Below, one piece after another: positions 48,591 to 61,364 of a stretch of 64,000 bases of DNA; the stretch's first letter is position 1, and each line of letters begins with the position of its first letter. Source of the DNA: Escherichia coli (GTDB taxonomy: Bacteria; Pseudomonadota; Gammaproteobacteria; Enterobacterales; Enterobacteriaceae); the NCBI RefSeq assembly GCF_003334305.1, contig NZ_QOWS01000006.1. One strand, given 5' to 3'. The notes under the pieces are model-generated. The model worked only from the letters and a program-made list of their open reading frames with translations, made no database searches and was not told the origin of the DNA. Both the position numbers and the translations under genes were made by a program.

Positions 48591-50315
48591 ATGGAGATGT
48601 TGTCTGGAGCCGAGATGGTCGTCCGATCGCTTATCGATCAGGGCGTTAAACAAGTATTCGGTTATCCCGGAGGCGCAGTCCTTGATATTTACGATGCATT
48701 GCATACCGTGGGTGGTATTGATCATGTATTAGTTCGTCATGAGCAGGCGGCGGTGCATATGGCCGATGGCCTGGCGCGTGCGACCGGGGAAGTCGGCGTC
48801 GTGCTGGTAACGTCGGGTCCAGGGGCGACCAATGCGATTACCGGCATCGCCACCGCTTATATGGATTCCATTCCATTAGTTGTCCTTTCCGGGCAGGTAG
48901 CGACCTCGTTGATAGGTTACGATGCCTTTCAGGAGTGCGACATGGTGGGGATTTCGCGACCGGTGGTTAAACACAGTTTTCTGGTTAAGCAAACGGAAGA
49001 CATTCCGCAGGTGCTGAAAAAGGCTTTCTGGCTGGCGGCAAGTGGTCGTCCTGGACCAGTAGTCGTTGATTTACCGAAAGATATTCTTAATCCGGCGAAC
49101 AAATTACCCTATGTCTGGCCGGAGTCGGTTAGTATGCGTTCTTACAATCCCACTACTACCGGACATAAAGGGCAAATTAAGCGTGCTCTGCAAACGCTGG
49201 TGGCGGCAAAAAAACCGGTTGTCTACGTAGGCGGTGGGGCAATCACGGCGGGCTGCCATCAGCAGTTGAAAGAAACGGTGGAGGCGTTGAATCTGCCCGT
49301 TGTTTCCTCATTGATGGGCCTGGGGGCATTTCCGGCAACGCATCGTCAGGCGCTGGGCATGCTGGGAATGCACGGCACCTACGAAGCCAATATGACGATG
49401 CATAACGCGGATGTGATTTTCGCCGTCGGGGTAAGATTTGATGACCGAACGACGAATAATCTGGCAAAGTACTGCCCAAATGCCACTGTTCTGCATATCG
49501 ATATTGATCCTACTTCCATTTCTAAAACCGTGACTGCTGATATCCCGATTGTGGGGGATGCTCGCCAGGTCCTCGAACAAATGCTTGAACTCCTGTCGCA
49601 AGAATCCGCCCATCAACCGCTGGATGAGATCCGCGACTGGTGGCAGCAGATTGAACAGTGGCGCGCTCGTCAGTGCCTGAAATATGACACTCACAGTGAA
49701 AAGATTAAACCGCAGGCGGTGATCGAGACTCTTTGGCGGTTGACGAAGGGAGACGCTTACGTGACGTCCGATGTCGGGCAGCACCAGATGTTTGCTGCAC
49801 TTTATTATCCATTCGACAAACCGCGTCGCTGGATCAATTCCGGTGGCCTCGGCACGATGGGTTTTGGTTTACCTGCGGCACTGGGCGTCAAAATGGCGTT
49901 GCCAGAAGAAACCGTGGTTTGCGTCACTGGCGACGGCAGTATTCAGATGAACATCCAGGAACTGTCTACCGCGTTGCAATACGAGTTGCCGGTACTGGTG
50001 GTGAATCTCAATAACCGCTATCTGGGGATGGTGAAACAGTGGCAGGACATGATCTATTCCGGCCGTCATTCACAATCTTATATGCAATCACTACCCGATT
50101 TCGTCCGTCTGGCGGAAGCCTATGGTCACGTCGGGATCCAGATCTCTCATCCGCATGAGCTGGAAAGCAAACTTAGCGAGGCGCTGGAACAGGTGCGCAA
50201 TAATCGCCTGGTGTTTGTTGATGTTACCGTCGATGGCAGTGAGCACGTCTACCCGATGCAGATTCGCGGGGGCGGAATGGATGAAATGTGGTTAAGCAAA
50301 ACGGAGAGAACCTGA
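48591..50315 (+). CDS. ilvI: acetolactate synthase III large subunit
   Basis: Track ORF 48507-50315 is 5'-extended; the ATG at 48591 ([28 protein letters not shown]) gives 574 aa; TPP-enzyme motifs. Confidence 0.95.
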   Translation: MEMLSGAEMVVRSLIDQGVKQVFGYPGGAVLDIYDALHTVGGIDHVLVRHEQAAVHMADGLARATGEVGVVLVTSGPGATNAITGIATAYMDSIPLVVLSGQVATSLIGYDAFQECDMVGISRPVVKHSFLVKQTEDIPQVLKKAFWLAASGRPGPVVVDLPKDILNPANKLPYVWPESVSMRSYNPTTTGHKGQIKRALQTLVAAKKPVVYVGGGAITAGCHQQLKETVEALNLPVVSSLMGLGAFPATHRQALGMLGMHGTYEANMTMHNADVIFAVGVRFDDRTTNNLAKYCPNATVLHIDIDPTSISKTVTADIPIVGDARQVLEQMLELLSQESAHQPLDEIRDWWQQIEQWRARQCLKYDTHSEKIKPQAVIETLWRLTKGDAYVTSDVGQHQMFAALYYPFDKPRRWINSGGLGTMGFGLPAALGVKMALPEETVVCVTGDGSIQMNIQELSTALQYELPVLVVNLNNRYLGMVKQWQDMIYSGRHSQSYMQSLPDFVRLAEAYGHVGIQISHPHELESKLSEALEQVRNNRLVFVDVTVDGSEHVYPMQIRGGGMDEMWLSKTERT

Positions 50316-50317
50316 TT

Positions 50318-50809
50318 ATGCGCCGGATATTATCAGTCTTACTCGAAAATGAATCAGGCGCGTTATCCCGCGTGATTGGCCTTTTTTCCCAGCGTGGCTA
50401 CAACATTGAAAGCCTGACCGTTGCGCCAACCGACGATCCGACATTATCGCGTATGACCATCCAGACCGTGGGCGATGAAAAAGTGCTTGAGCAGATCGAA
50501 AAGCAATTACACAAGCTGGTCGATGTCTTGCGCGTGAGTGAGTTGGGGCAGGGCGCGCATGTTGAGCGGGAAATCATGCTGGTGAAAATTCAGGCCAGCG
50601 GTTACGGGCGTGACGAAGTGAAACGTAATACGGAAATATTCCGTGGGCAAATTATCGATGTCACCCCCTCGCTTTATACCGTTCAATTAGCAGGCACCAG
50701 CGATAAGCTTGATGCATTTTTAGCATCGATTCGCGATGTGGCGAAAATTGTGGAAGTTGCTCGCTCTGGTGTGGTCGGACTTTCGCGCGGCGATAAAATA
50801 ATGCGTTGA
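50318..50809 (+). CDS. ilvH: acetolactate synthase III small (regulatory) subunit
   Basis: Track ORF 50288-50809 is 5'-extended; the ATG at 50318 ([33 protein letters not shown]) gives 163 aa; 2 nt after the ilvI stop. Confidence 0.95.
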   Translation: MRRILSVLLENESGALSRVIGLFSQRGYNIESLTVAPTDDPTLSRMTIQTVGDEKVLEQIEKQLHKLVDVLRVSELGQGAHVEREIMLVKIQASGYGRDEVKRNTEIFRGQIIDVTPSLYTVQLAGTSDKLDAFLASIRDVAKIVEVARSGVVGLSRGDKIMR

Positions 50810-50833
50810 GAATGATCTCAGTGCGCAATTTGC

Positions 50834-50863
50834 AGCCCAACATGTCACGTTGGGCTTTTTTTG
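50834..50863 (+). terminator. intrinsic terminator after ilvH
   Basis: AGCCCAACatgtcacGTTGGGCT followed by TTTTTTT. Confidence 0.7.
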
Positions 50864-50988
50864 CGAAATCAGTGGGAACCTGGAATAAAAGCAGTTGCCG
50901 CAGTTAATTTTCTGCGCTTAGATGTTAATGAATTTAACCCATACCAGTACAATGGCTATGGTTTTTACATTTTACGCAAGGGGCAATT

Positions 50989-51993
50989 GTGAAACTGGAT
51001 GAAATCGCTCGGCTGGCGGGAGTGTCGCGGACCACTGCAAGCTATGTTATTAACGGCAAAGCGAAGCAATACCGTGTGAGCGACAAAACCGTTGAAAAAG
51101 TCATGGCTGTGGTGCGTGAGCACAATTACCACCCGAACGCCGTGGCAGCTGGGCTTCGTGCTGGACGCACACGTTCTATTGGTCTTGTGATCCCCGATCT
51201 GGAGAACACCAGCTATACCCGCATCGCTAACTATCTTGAACGCCAGGCGCGGCAACGGGGTTATCAACTGCTAATTGCCTGCTCAGAAGATCAGCCAGAC
51301 AACGAAATGCGCTGTATTGAGCACCTTTTACAGCGTCAGGTCGATGCCATTATTGTTTCGACGTCGTTGCCTCCTGAGCATCCTTTTTATCAACGCTGGG
51401 CTAACGACCCGTTCCCGATTGTCGCGCTGGACCGCGCCCTCGATCGTGAACACTTCACCAGCGTGGTTGGTGCCGATCAGGATGATGCCGAAATGCTGGC
51501 GGAAGAGTTACGTAAGTTTCCCGCCGAGACGGTGCTTTATCTTGGCGCGCTGCCGGAGCTTTCTGTCAGCTTCCTGCGTGAACAAGGTTTCCGTACTGCC
51601 TGGAAAGATGATCCGCGCGAAGTGCATTTCCTGTATGCCAACAGCTATGAGCGGGAGGCGGCTGCCCAGTTATTCGAAAAATGGCTGGAAACGCATCCGA
51701 TGCCGCAGGCGCTGTTCACAACGTCGTTTGCGTTGTTGCAAGGGGTGATGGATGTAACGCTACGTCGCGATGGTAAACTGCCTTCTGACCTGGCAATTGC
51801 CACCTTTGGCGATAACGAACTGCTCGACTTCTTACAGTGCCCGGTGCTGGCAGTGGCTCAACGTCACCGCGATGTCGCAGAGCGTGTGCTGGAGATTGTC
51901 CTGGCAAGCCTGGACGAACCGCGTAAGCCAAAACCTGGTTTAACGCGCATTAAACGTAATCTCTATCGTCGCGGTGTGCTCAGCCGTAGCTAA
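50989..51993 (+). CDS. cra: catabolite repressor/activator (LacI family; FruR)
   Basis: 334-aa ORF with GTG start: [25 protein letters not shown]... HTH followed by a periplasmic-binding-protein-like domain. Confidence 0.95.
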   Translation: MKLDEIARLAGVSRTTASYVINGKAKQYRVSDKTVEKVMAVVREHNYHPNAVAAGLRAGRTRSIGLVIPDLENTSYTRIANYLERQARQRGYQLLIACSEDQPDNEMRCIEHLLQRQVDAIIVSTSLPPEHPFYQRWANDPFPIVALDRALDREHFTSVVGADQDDAEMLAEELRKFPAETVLYLGALPELSVSFLREQGFRTAWKDDPREVHFLYANSYEREAAAQLFEKWLETHPMPQALFTTSFALLQGVMDVTLRRDGKLPSDLAIATFGDNELLDFLQCPVLAVAQRHRDVAERVLEIVLASLDEPRKPKPGLTRIKRNLYRRGVLSRS

Positions 51994-52509
51994 GCCGCGA
52001 ACAAAAATACGCGCCAGGTGAATTTCCCTCTGGCGCGTAGAGTACGGGAATGGACATCAATATCCTTAAAGTAAATAAGACTATTCCTGACTATTATTGA
52101 TAAGTTCTTTTAAACCCGCCCGTTAATTAACTCACCAGCTGAAATTCACAATAATTAAGTGATATCGACAGCGCGTTTTTGCATTATTTTGTTACATGCA
52201 GAGATGAATTGCCGATTTAACAAGCACTTTTCTTTGCTTTTGCGCAAACCCGCTGGCATCAAGCGCCACACAGACGCAACAGGGACTGTTAACCGGGGAA
52301 GATATGTCCTAAAATGCCGCTCGCGTCGCAAACTGACACTTTATATTTGCTGTGGAAAATAGTGAGTCATTTTAAAACGGTGATGACGATGAGGGATTTT
52401 TTCTTACAGCTATTCATAACGTTAATTTGCTGCGCACGTTGGACGTAAAATAAACAACGCTGATATTAGCCGTAAACATCGGGTTTTTTACCTCGGTATG
52501 CCTTGTGAC

Positions 52510-52594
52510 TGGCTTGACAAGCTTTTCCTCCGCTCCGTAAACTCCTTTCAGTGGGAAATTGTGGGGCAAAGTGGGAATAAGGGGTGAGGCTGGC
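52510..52594 (+). promoter_or_regulatory. mraZ promoter region with three GTGGG(A/G) direct repeats at 10-bp spacing (MraZ autoregulatory sites)
   Basis: TTGACA at 52514-52519; GTGGGAAATT, GTGGGGCAAA and GTGGGAATAA at 52551-52580, immediately upstream of the mraZ ATG. Confidence 0.7.
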
Positions 52595-53053
52595 ATGTTC
52601 CGGGGAGCAACGTTAGTCAATCTCGACAGCAAAGGGCGCTTATCAGTGCCTACCCGTTACCGGGAACAGCTGCTTGAGAACGCTGCCGGTCAAATGGTTT
52701 GCACCATTGACATTCATCACCCGTGCCTGCTGCTTTACCCCCTGCCTGAATGGGAAATTATCGAGCAAAAATTATCGCGTCTGTCGAGCATGAACCCGGT
52801 TGAGCGCCGTGTGCAGCGCCTACTGTTAGGTCATGCCAGCGAATGTCAGATGGATGGCGCAGGTCGATTGTTAATCGCGCCAGTACTGCGGCAACATGCC
52901 GGGCTGACAAAAGAAGTGATGCTGGTTGGACAGTTCAACAAGTTTGAGCTGTGGGATGAAACAACCTGGCATCAACAGGTCAAGGAAGATATCGACGCAG
53001 AGCAGTTGGCTACCGGAGACTTATCGGAGCGACTGCAGGACTTGTCTCTATAA
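52595..53053 (+). CDS. mraZ: transcriptional regulator MraZ
   Basis: Track ORF 52559-53053 is 5'-extended; the ATG at 52595 ([26 protein letters not shown]) gives 152 aa. Confidence 0.92.
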
Positions 53054-53054
53054 A

Positions 53055-53996
53055 ATGATGGAAAACTATAAACATACTACGGTGCTGCTGGATGAAGCCG
53101 TTAATGGCCTCAATATCCGTCCTGATGGCATCTACATTGATGGGACTTTTGGTCGCGGTGGTCACTCACGTCTGATCCTCTCGCAGCTTGGCGAAGAGGG
53201 GCGTTTGCTGGCGATCGATCGCGACCCGCAGGCTATCGCCGTTGCGAAGACTATTGATGATCCGCGCTTCTCCATCATCCACGGACCTTTCTCCGCGCTG
53301 GGCGAATACGTTGCCGAGCGCGATCTTATCGGCAAGATCGACGGCATTCTCCTCGATCTTGGCGTCTCTTCACCGCAACTTGATGATGCTGAGCGCGGCT
53401 TTTCCTTTATGCGCGATGGTCCGCTGGACATGCGTATGGACCCAACCCGTGGGCAGTCAGCCGCTGAATGGCTACAAACCGCAGAAGAAGCCGATATCGC
53501 CTGGGTATTGAAAACCTATGGTGAAGAGCGTTTTGCCAAACGCATTGCCCGCGCCATTGTCGAGCGTAATCGCGAACAGCCGATGACCCGCACCAAAGAA
53601 CTGGCGGAAGTCGTGGCTGCTGCAACGCCGGTGAAAGATAAGTTTAAACATCCCGCGACTCGTACCTTCCAGGCGGTGCGCATTTGGGTAAACAGTGAAC
53701 TGGAGGAGATAGAGCAGGCGCTAAAAAGCTCGCTCAACGTGCTGGCCCCGGGAGGGCGGCTTTCGATCATCAGCTTCCACTCGCTGGAAGACCGTATTGT
53801 GAAACGTTTTATGCGTGAAAACAGCCGCGGTCCGCAAGTTCCGGCAGGGTTACCGATGACTGAAGAGCAGCTCAAAAAACTGGGTGGCCGTCAGCTGCGA
53901 GCATTAGGCAAGTTAATGCCGGGCGAAGAAGAGGTGGCTGAGAATCCTCGTGCCCGTAGTTCAGTTCTGCGTATCGCAGAGAGGACGAACGCATGA
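53055..53996 (+). CDS. rsmH: 16S rRNA (cytosine1402-N4)-methyltransferase
   Basis: Track ORF 52926-53996 is 5'-extended; the ATG at 53055 ([38 protein letters not shown]) gives 313 aa; 1 nt after the mraZ stop. Confidence 0.93.
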
Positions 53997-54358
53997 TCAG
54001 CAGAGTGACAGAAGCTCTAAGCAAAGTTAAAGGATCGATGGGAAGCCACGAGCGCCATGCATTGCCTGGTGTTATCGGTGACGATCTTTTGCGATTTGGG
54101 AAGCTGCCACTCTGCCTGTTCATTTGCATTATTTTGACGGCGGTGACCGTGGTAACCACGGCGCACCATACCCGTTTACTGACCGCTCAGCGCGAACAAC
54201 TGGTGCTGGAGCGAGATGCTTTAGACATTGAATGGCGCAACCTGATCCTTGAAGAGAATGCGCTCGGCGACCATAGCCGGGTGGAAAGGATCGCCACGGA
54301 AAAGCTGCAAATGCAGCATGTTGATCCGTCACAAGAAAATATCGTAGTGCAAAAATAA
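53993..54358 (+). CDS. ftsL: cell-division protein FtsL
   Basis: 121-aa [54 protein letters not shown]...; ATGA overlap with rsmH. Confidence 0.93.
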
Positions 54359-54373
54359 GGATAAACGCGACGC

Positions 54374-56140
54374 ATGAAAGCAGCGGCGAAAACGCAGAAA
54401 CCAAAACGTCAGGAAGAACATGCCAACTTTATTAGTTGGCGTTTTGCGTTGTTATGCGGCTGTATTCTCCTGGCGCTGGCTTTTCTGCTCGGACGCGTAG
54501 CGTGGTTACAAGTTATCTCCCCGGATATGCTGGTGAAAGAGGGCGACATGCGTTCTCTTCGCGTTCAGCAAGTTTCCACCTCCCGCGGCATGATTACTGA
54601 CCGTTCTGGTCGCCCGTTAGCGGTGAGCGTGCCGGTAAAAGCGATTTGGGCTGACCCGAAAGAAGTGCATGACGCTGGCGGTATCAGCGTCGGTGACCGC
54701 TGGAAGGCGCTGGCTAACGCGCTCAATATTCCGCTGGATCAGCTTTCTGCCCGCATTAACGCCAACCCGAAAGGGCGCTTTATTTATCTGGCGCGTCAGG
54801 TAAACCCTGACATGGCGGACTACATCAAAAAATTGAAACTGCCGGGGATTCATCTGCGTGAAGAATCTCGCCGTTATTATCCATCCGGCGAAGTGACTGC
54901 TCACCTCATCGGCTTTACTAACGTCGATAGTCAGGGGATTGAGGGCGTTGAGAAGAGTTTCGATAAATGGCTTACCGGGCAGCCGGGTGAGCGCATTGTG
55001 CGTAAAGACCGCTATGGTCGCGTAATTGAAGATATTTCTTCTACTGACAGCCAGGCGGCGCACAACCTGGCGTTGAGTATTGATGAACGCTTGCAGGCGC
55101 TGGTTTATCGCGAACTGAACAACGCGGTGGCCTTTAACAAGGCTGAATCCGGTAGCGCCGTGCTGGTGGATGTCAACACCGGTGAAGTGCTGGCGATGGC
55201 TAACAGCCCGTCATACAACCCTAACAATCTGAGCGGCACGCCGAAAGAGGCGATGCGTAACCGTACCATCACCGACGTGTTTGAACCGGGCTCAACGGTT
55301 AAACCGATGGTGGTAATGACCGCGTTGCAACGTGGCGTGGTGCGGGAAAACTCGGTACTCAATACCATTCCTTATCGAATTAACGGCCACGAAATCAAAG
55401 ACGTGGCACGCTACAGCGAATTAACCCTGACCGGGGTATTACAGAAGTCGAGTAACGTCGGTGTTTCCAAGCTGGCGTTAGCGATGCCGTCCTCAGCGTT
55501 AGTAGATACTTACTCACGTTTTGGACTGGGAAAAGCGACCAATTTGGGGTTGGTCGGAGAACGCAGTGGCTTATATCCTCAAAAACAACGGTGGTCTGAC
55601 ATAGAGAGGGCCACCTTCTCTTTCGGCTACGGGCTAATGGTAACACCGTTACAGTTAGCGCGAGTCTACGCAACTATCGGCAGCTACGGCATTTATCGCC
55701 CACTGTCGATTACCAAAGTTGACCCCCCGGTTCCCGGTGAACGTGTCTTCCCGGAATCCATTGTTCGCACCGTGGTGCATATGATGGAAAGCGTGGCGCT
55801 ACCAGGCGGCGGCGGCGTGAAAGCGGCGATTAAAGGCTATCGTATCGCCATTAAAACCGGTACCGCGAAAAAGGTCGGGCCGGACGGTCGCTACATCAAT
55901 AAATATATTGCTTATACCGCAGGCGTTGCGCCTGCGAGTCAGCCGCGCTTCGCGCTGGTTGTTGTTATCAACGATCCGCAGGCGGGTAAATACTACGGCG
56001 GCGCCGTTTCCGCGCCGGTCTTTGGTGCCATCATGGGCGGCGTATTGCGTACCATGAACATCGAGCCGGATGCGCTGACAACGGGCGATAAAAATGAATT
56101 TGTGATTAATCAAGGCGAGGGGACAGGTGGCAGATCGTAA
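54374..56140 (+). CDS. ftsI: peptidoglycan D,D-transpeptidase FtsI (PBP3)
   Basis: 588-aa [27 protein letters not shown]...; motifs STVK, SSN, KTG. Confidence 0.95.
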   Translation: MKAAAKTQKPKRQEEHANFISWRFALLCGCILLALAFLLGRVAWLQVISPDMLVKEGDMRSLRVQQVSTSRGMITDRSGRPLAVSVPVKAIWADPKEVHDAGGISVGDRWKALANALNIPLDQLSARINANPKGRFIYLARQVNPDMADYIKKLKLPGIHLREESRRYYPSGEVTAHLIGFTNVDSQGIEGVEKSFDKWLTGQPGERIVRKDRYGRVIEDISSTDSQAAHNLALSIDERLQALVYRELNNAVAFNKAESGSAVLVDVNTGEVLAMANSPSYNPNNLSGTPKEAMRNRTITDVFEPGSTVKPMVVMTALQRGVVRENSVLNTIPYRINGHEIKDVARYSELTLTGVLQKSSNVGVSKLALAMPSSALVDTYSRFGLGKATNLGLVGERSGLYPQKQRWSDIERATFSFGYGLMVTPLQLARVYATIGSYGIYRPLSITKVDPPVPGERVFPESIVRTVVHMMESVALPGGGGVKAAIKGYRIAIKTGTAKKVGPDGRYINKYIAYTAGVAPASQPRFALVVVINDPQAGKYYGGAVSAPVFGAIMGGVLRTMNIEPDALTTGDKNEFVINQGEGTGGRS

Positions 56141-57614
56141 TTTGCGCGACCTTCTTGCTCCGTGGGTGCCAGACGCACCTTCGCGAGCACTGCGAGAGAT
56201 GACACTCGACAGCCGTGTGGCTGCGGCGGGCGATCTCTTTGTAGCTGTAGTAGGTCATCAGGCGGACGGGCGTCGATATATCCCGCAGGCGATAGCGCAA
56301 GGTGTGGCTGCCATTATTGCAGAGGCGAAAGGTGAGGCGACCGACGGTGAAATCCGTGAAATGCACGGCGTACCGGTCATCTATCTCAGCCAGCTCAACG
56401 AGCGTTTATCTGCACTGGCGGGCCGCTTTTACCATGAACCCTCTGACAATTTACGTCTCGTAGGCGTAACGGGCACCAACGGCAAAACCACGACTACCCA
56501 GCTGCTGGCGCAGTGGAGCCAACTGCTTGGCGAAACCAGCGCGGTAATGGGCACCGTTGGTAACGGTCTGCTGGGGAAAGTGATCCCGACAGAAAATACC
56601 ACCGGTTCGGCAGTCGATGTTCAGCATGAGCTGGCGGGGCTGGTGGATCAGGGCGCGACGTTTTGCGCAATGGAAGTTTCCTCCCACGGGCTGGTACAGC
56701 ACCGTGTGGCGGCATTGAAATTTGCGGCGTCGGTCTTTACCAACTTAAGCCGCGATCACCTTGATTATCATGGTGATATGGAACACTACGAAGCCGCGAA
56801 ATGGCTGCTTTATTCTGAACATCATTGTGGTCAGGCGATTGTTAACGCCGACGATGAAGTGGGCCGCCGCTGGCTGGCAAAACTGCCGGACGCGGTTGCG
56901 GTATCAATGGAAGATCATATCAATCCGAACTGTCACGGACGCTGGTTGAAAGCGACCGAAGTGAACTATCACGACAGCGGCGCGACCATTCGCTTTAGTT
57001 CAAGTTGGGGCGATGGCGAAATTGAAAGCCATCTGATGGGCGCTTTTAACGTCAGCAACCTGCTGCTCGCGCTGGCGACACTGCTGGCACTTGGCTACCC
57101 GCTGGCTGATCTGTTAAAAACCGCCGCGCGTCTGCAACCGGTTTGCGGACGTATGGAAGTGTTCACTGCGCCAGGCAAACCGACGGTGGTGGTGGATTAC
57201 GCGCATACGCCGGATGCACTGGAAAAAGCCTTACAGGCGGCGCGCCTGCACTGTGCGGGCAAGCTGTGGTGCGTCTTTGGCTGTGGTGGCGATCGCGATA
57301 AAGGTAAGCGTCCACTGATGGGCGCAATTGCCGAAGAGTTTGCTGACGTGGCGGTGGTGACGGACGATAACCCGCGTACCGAAGAACCGCGTGCCATCAT
57401 CAACGATATTCTGGCGGGAATGTTAGATGCCGGACATGCCAAAGTGATGGAAGGCCGTGCTGAAGCGGTGACTTGCGCCGTTATGCAGGCTAAAGAGAAT
57501 GATGTGGTACTGGTCGCGGGCAAAGGCCATGAGGATTACCAGATTGTTGGCAATCAGCGTCTGGACTACTCCGATCGCGTCACGGTGGCGCGTCTGCTGG
57601 GGGTGATTGCATGA
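56127..57614 (+). CDS. murE: UDP-MurNAc-L-Ala-D-Glu:meso-diaminopimelate ligase
   Basis: 495-aa ORF with GTG start; [30 protein letters not shown]...; GTNGKTT P-loop; 14-nt overlap with ftsI. Confidence 0.95.
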   Translation: MADRNLRDLLAPWVPDAPSRALREMTLDSRVAAAGDLFVAVVGHQADGRRYIPQAIAQGVAAIIAEAKGEATDGEIREMHGVPVIYLSQLNERLSALAGRFYHEPSDNLRLVGVTGTNGKTTTTQLLAQWSQLLGETSAVMGTVGNGLLGKVIPTENTTGSAVDVQHELAGLVDQGATFCAMEVSSHGLVQHRVAALKFAASVFTNLSRDHLDYHGDMEHYEAAKWLLYSEHHCGQAIVNADDEVGRRWLAKLPDAVAVSMEDHINPNCHGRWLKATEVNYHDSGATIRFSSSWGDGEIESHLMGAFNVSNLLLALATLLALGYPLADLLKTAARLQPVCGRMEVFTAPGKPTVVVDYAHTPDALEKALQAARLHCAGKLWCVFGCGGDRDKGKRPLMGAIAEEFADVAVVTDDNPRTEEPRAIINDILAGMLDAGHAKVMEGRAEAVTCAVMQAKENDVVLVAGKGHEDYQIVGNQRLDYSDRVTVARLLGVIA

Positions 57615-58969
57615 TTAGTGTAACCCTTAGCCAACTTACCGATATTCTCAACGGTGAACTGCAAGGTGCAGATATCACCCTTGATGCTGTAACCACTGAT
57701 ACCCGAAAACTGACGCCGGGCTGCCTGTTTGTTGCCCTGAAAGGCGAACGTTTTGATGCCCACGATTTTGCCGACCAGGCGAAAGCTGGCGGCGCAGGCG
57801 CACTACTGGTTAGCCGTCCGCTGGACATCGACCTGCCGCAGTTAATCGTCAAGGATACGCGTCTGGCGTTTGGTGAACTGGCTGCATGGGTTCGCCAGCA
57901 AGTTCCGGCGCGCGTGGTTGCTCTGACGGGGTCCTCCGGCAAAACCTCCGTTAAAGAGATGACGGCGGCGATTTTAAGCCAGTGCGGCAACACGCTTTAT
58001 ACGGCAGGCAATCTCAACAACGACATCGGTGTACCGATGACGCTGTTGCGCTTAACGCCGGAATACGATTACGCAGTTATTGAACTTGGCGCGAACCATC
58101 AGGGCGAAATAGCCTGGACTGTGAGTCTGACTCGCCCGGAAGCTGCGCTGGTCAACAACCTGGCAGCGGCGCATCTGGAAGGTTTTGGCTCGCTTGCGGG
58201 TGTCGCGAAAGCGAAAGGTGAAATCTTTAGCGGCCTGCCGGAAAACGGTATCGCCATTATGAACGCCGACAACAACGACTGGCTGAACTGGCAGAGCGTA
58301 ATTGGCTCACGCAAAGTGTGGCGTTTCTCACCCAATGCCGCCAACAGCGATTTCACCGCCACCAATATCCATGTGACCTCGCACGGTACGGAATTTACCC
58401 TACAAACCCCAACCGGTAGCGTCGATGTTCTGCTGCCGTTGCCGGGGCGTCACAATATTGCGAATGCGCTGGCAGCCGCTGCGCTCTCCATGTCCGTGGG
58501 CGCAACGCTTGATGCTATCAAAGCGGGGCTGGCAAATCTGAAAGCTGTTCCAGGCCGTCTGTTCCCCATCCAACTGGCAGAAAACCAGTTGCTGCTCGAC
58601 GACTCCTACAACGCCAATGTCGGTTCAATGACCGCCGCTGTTCAGGTACTGGCTGAAATGCCGGGCTACCGCGTGCTGGTGGTGGGCGATATGGCGGAAC
58701 TGGGCGCTGAAAGCGAAGCCTGCCATGTACAGGTGGGCGAAGCGGCAAAAGCTGCTGGTATTGACCGCGTGTTAAGCGTGGGTAAACAAAGCCATGCTAT
58801 CAGCACCGCCAGCGGCGTTGGCGAACATTTTGCTGATAAAACTGCGTTAATTACGCGTCTTAAATCACTGATTGCTGAGCAACAGGTAATTACGATTTTA
58901 GTTAAGGGTTCACGTAGTGCCGCCATGGAAGAGGTAGTACGCGCATTACAGGAGAATGGGACATGTTAG
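57611..58969 (+). CDS. murF: UDP-MurNAc-tripeptide:D-Ala-D-Ala ligase
   Basis: 452-aa [22 protein letters not shown]...; GSSGKTS P-loop; 4-nt overlap with murE. Confidence 0.95.
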
Positions 58970-60045
58970 TTTGGCTGGCCGAACATTTGGTCAAATATTA
59001 TTCCGGCTTTAACGTCTTTTCCTATCTGACGTTTCGCGCCATCGTCAGCCTGCTGACCGCGCTGTTCATCTCATTGTGGATGGGCCCGCGTATGATTGCT
59101 CATTTGCAAAAACTTTCCTTTGGTCAGGTGGTGCGTAACGACGGTCCTGAATCACACTTCAGCAAGCGCGGTACGCCGACCATGGGCGGGATTATGATCC
59201 TGACGGCGATTGTGATCTCCGTACTGCTGTGGGCTTACCCGTCCAATCCGTACGTCTGGTGCGTGTTGGTGGTGCTGGTAGGTTACGGTGTTATTGGCTT
59301 TGTTGATGATTATCGCAAAGTGGTGCGTAAAGACACCAAAGGGTTGATCGCTCGTTGGAAGTATTTCTGGATGTCGGTCATTGCGCTGGGTGTCGCCTTC
59401 GCCCTGTACCTTGCCGGCAAAGACACGCCCGCAACGCAGCTGGTGGTCCCATTCTTTAAAGATGTGATGCCGCAGTTGGGGCTGTTCTACATTCTGCTGG
59501 CTTACTTCGTCATTGTGGGTACTGGCAACGCGGTAAACCTGACCGATGGTCTCGACGGCCTGGCAATTATGCCGACCGTATTTGTCGCCGGTGGTTTTGC
59601 GCTGGTGGCGTGGGCGACCGGCAATATGAACTTTGCCAGCTACTTGCATATACCGTATCTGCGACACGCCGGGGAACTGGTCATTGTCTGCACGGCGATA
59701 GTCGGGGCAGGACTGGGCTTCCTGTGGTTTAACACCTATCCGGCGCAGGTCTTTATGGGCGATGTAGGTTCGCTGGCGTTAGGTGGTGCGTTAGGCATTA
59801 TCGCCGTACTGCTACGTCAGGAATTCCTGCTGGTGATTATGGGGGGCGTGTTCGTGGTAGAAACGCTTTCTGTCATCCTGCAGGTCGGCTCCTTTAAACT
59901 GCGCGGACAACGTATTTTCCGCATGGCACCGATTCATCACCACTATGAACTGAAAGGCTGGCCGGAACCGCGCGTCATTGTGCGTTTCTGGATTATTTCG
60001 CTGATGCTGGTTCTGATTGGTCTGGCAACGCTGAAGGTACGTTAA
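58963..60045 (+). CDS. mraY: phospho-MurNAc-pentapeptide translocase
   Basis: 360-aa polytopic [34 protein letters not shown]... Confidence 0.95.
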
Positions 60046-60047
60046 TC

Positions 60048-61364
60048 ATGGCTGATTATCAGGGTAAAAATGTCGTCATTATCGGCCTGGGCCTCACCGG
60101 GCTTTCCTGCGTGGACTTTTTCCTCGCTCGCGGTCTGACGCCGCGCGTTATGGATACGCGTATGACACCGCCTGGCCTGGATAAATTACCCGAAGCCGTA
60201 GAACGCCACACGGGCAGTCTGAATGATGAATGGCTGATGGCGGCAGATCTGATTGTCGCCAGTCCCGGTATTGCACTGGCGCATCCATCCTTAAGCGCTG
60301 CCGCTGATGCCGGAATCGAAATCGTTGGCGATATCGAGCTGTTCTGTCGCGAAGCACAAGCACCGATTGTGGCGATTACCGGTTCTAACGGCAAAAGCAC
60401 GGTCACCACGCTAGTGGGTGAAATGGCGAAAGCGGCGGGGGTTAACGTTGGTGTGGGTGGCAATATTGGCCTGCCAGCGTTGATGCTGCTTGATGCTGAG
60501 TGCGAACTGTACGTGCTGGAACTGTCGAGCTTCCAGCTGGAAACCACCTCCAGCTTACAGGCGGTAGCAGCGACCATTCTGAACGTGACTGAAGATCATA
60601 TGGATCGCTATCCGTTTGGTTTACAACAGTATCGTGCAGCAAAACTGCGCATTTACGAAAACGCGAAAGTTTGCGTGGTTAATGCTGATGATGCCTTAAC
60701 AATGCCGATTCGCGGTGCGGATGAACGCTGCGTCAGCTTTGGCGTCAACATGGGTGACTATCACCTGAATCATCAGCAGGGAGAAACCTGGCTGCGGGTT
60801 AAAGGCGAGAAAGTGCTGAATGTGAAAGAGATGAAACTTTCCGGGCAGCATAACTACACCAATGCGCTGGCAGCACTGGCACTGGCAGACGCAGCTGGTT
60901 TACCGCGCGCCAGCAGCCTGAAAGCGTTAACCACCTTCACCGGTCTGCCGCATCGCTTTGAAGTGGTGCTGGAGCACAATGGCGTACGCTGGATTAACGA
61001 TTCGAAAGCCACTAACGTCGGCAGTACGGAAGCGGCGTTGAATGGCTTGCAGGTAGACGGCACGCTGCATTTGTTGCTGGGCGGCGATGGTAAATCGGCG
61101 GACTTCAGTCCACTGGCGCGCTATCTGAATGGCGACAACGTGCGTTTGTACTGTTTTGGTCGTGACGGTGCGCAGCTGGCGGCGCTACGCCCGGAAGTGG
61201 CAGAACAAACCGAAACCATGGAACAAGCGATGCGCTTGCTGGCTCCGCGTGTTCAGCCGGGCGATATGGTTCTGCTCTCCCCGGCCTGTGCCAGCCTTGA
61301 TCAGTTCAAGAACTTTGAACAACGAGGCAATGAGTTTGCCCGTCTGGCGAAGGAGTTAGGTTGA
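60048..61364 (+). CDS. murD: UDP-MurNAc-L-Ala:D-Glu ligase
   Basis: 438-aa [32 protein letters not shown]...; GSNGKST P-loop. Confidence 0.95.

Noticed and set aside
52009-52037. Hairpin CGCGCCAGgtgaatttccctCTGGCGCG immediately after cra
   Set aside because: Lacks a following T-tract, so it is not annotated as a terminator.
52159-52362. 67-aa ORF in the cra-mraZ intergenic region (also 52414-52632 on the minus strand)
   Set aside because: No Shine-Dalgarno, Cys/Arg-rich low-complexity translation, and the second one overlaps the mraZ promoter and start. Kept only as a region to check with expression data.
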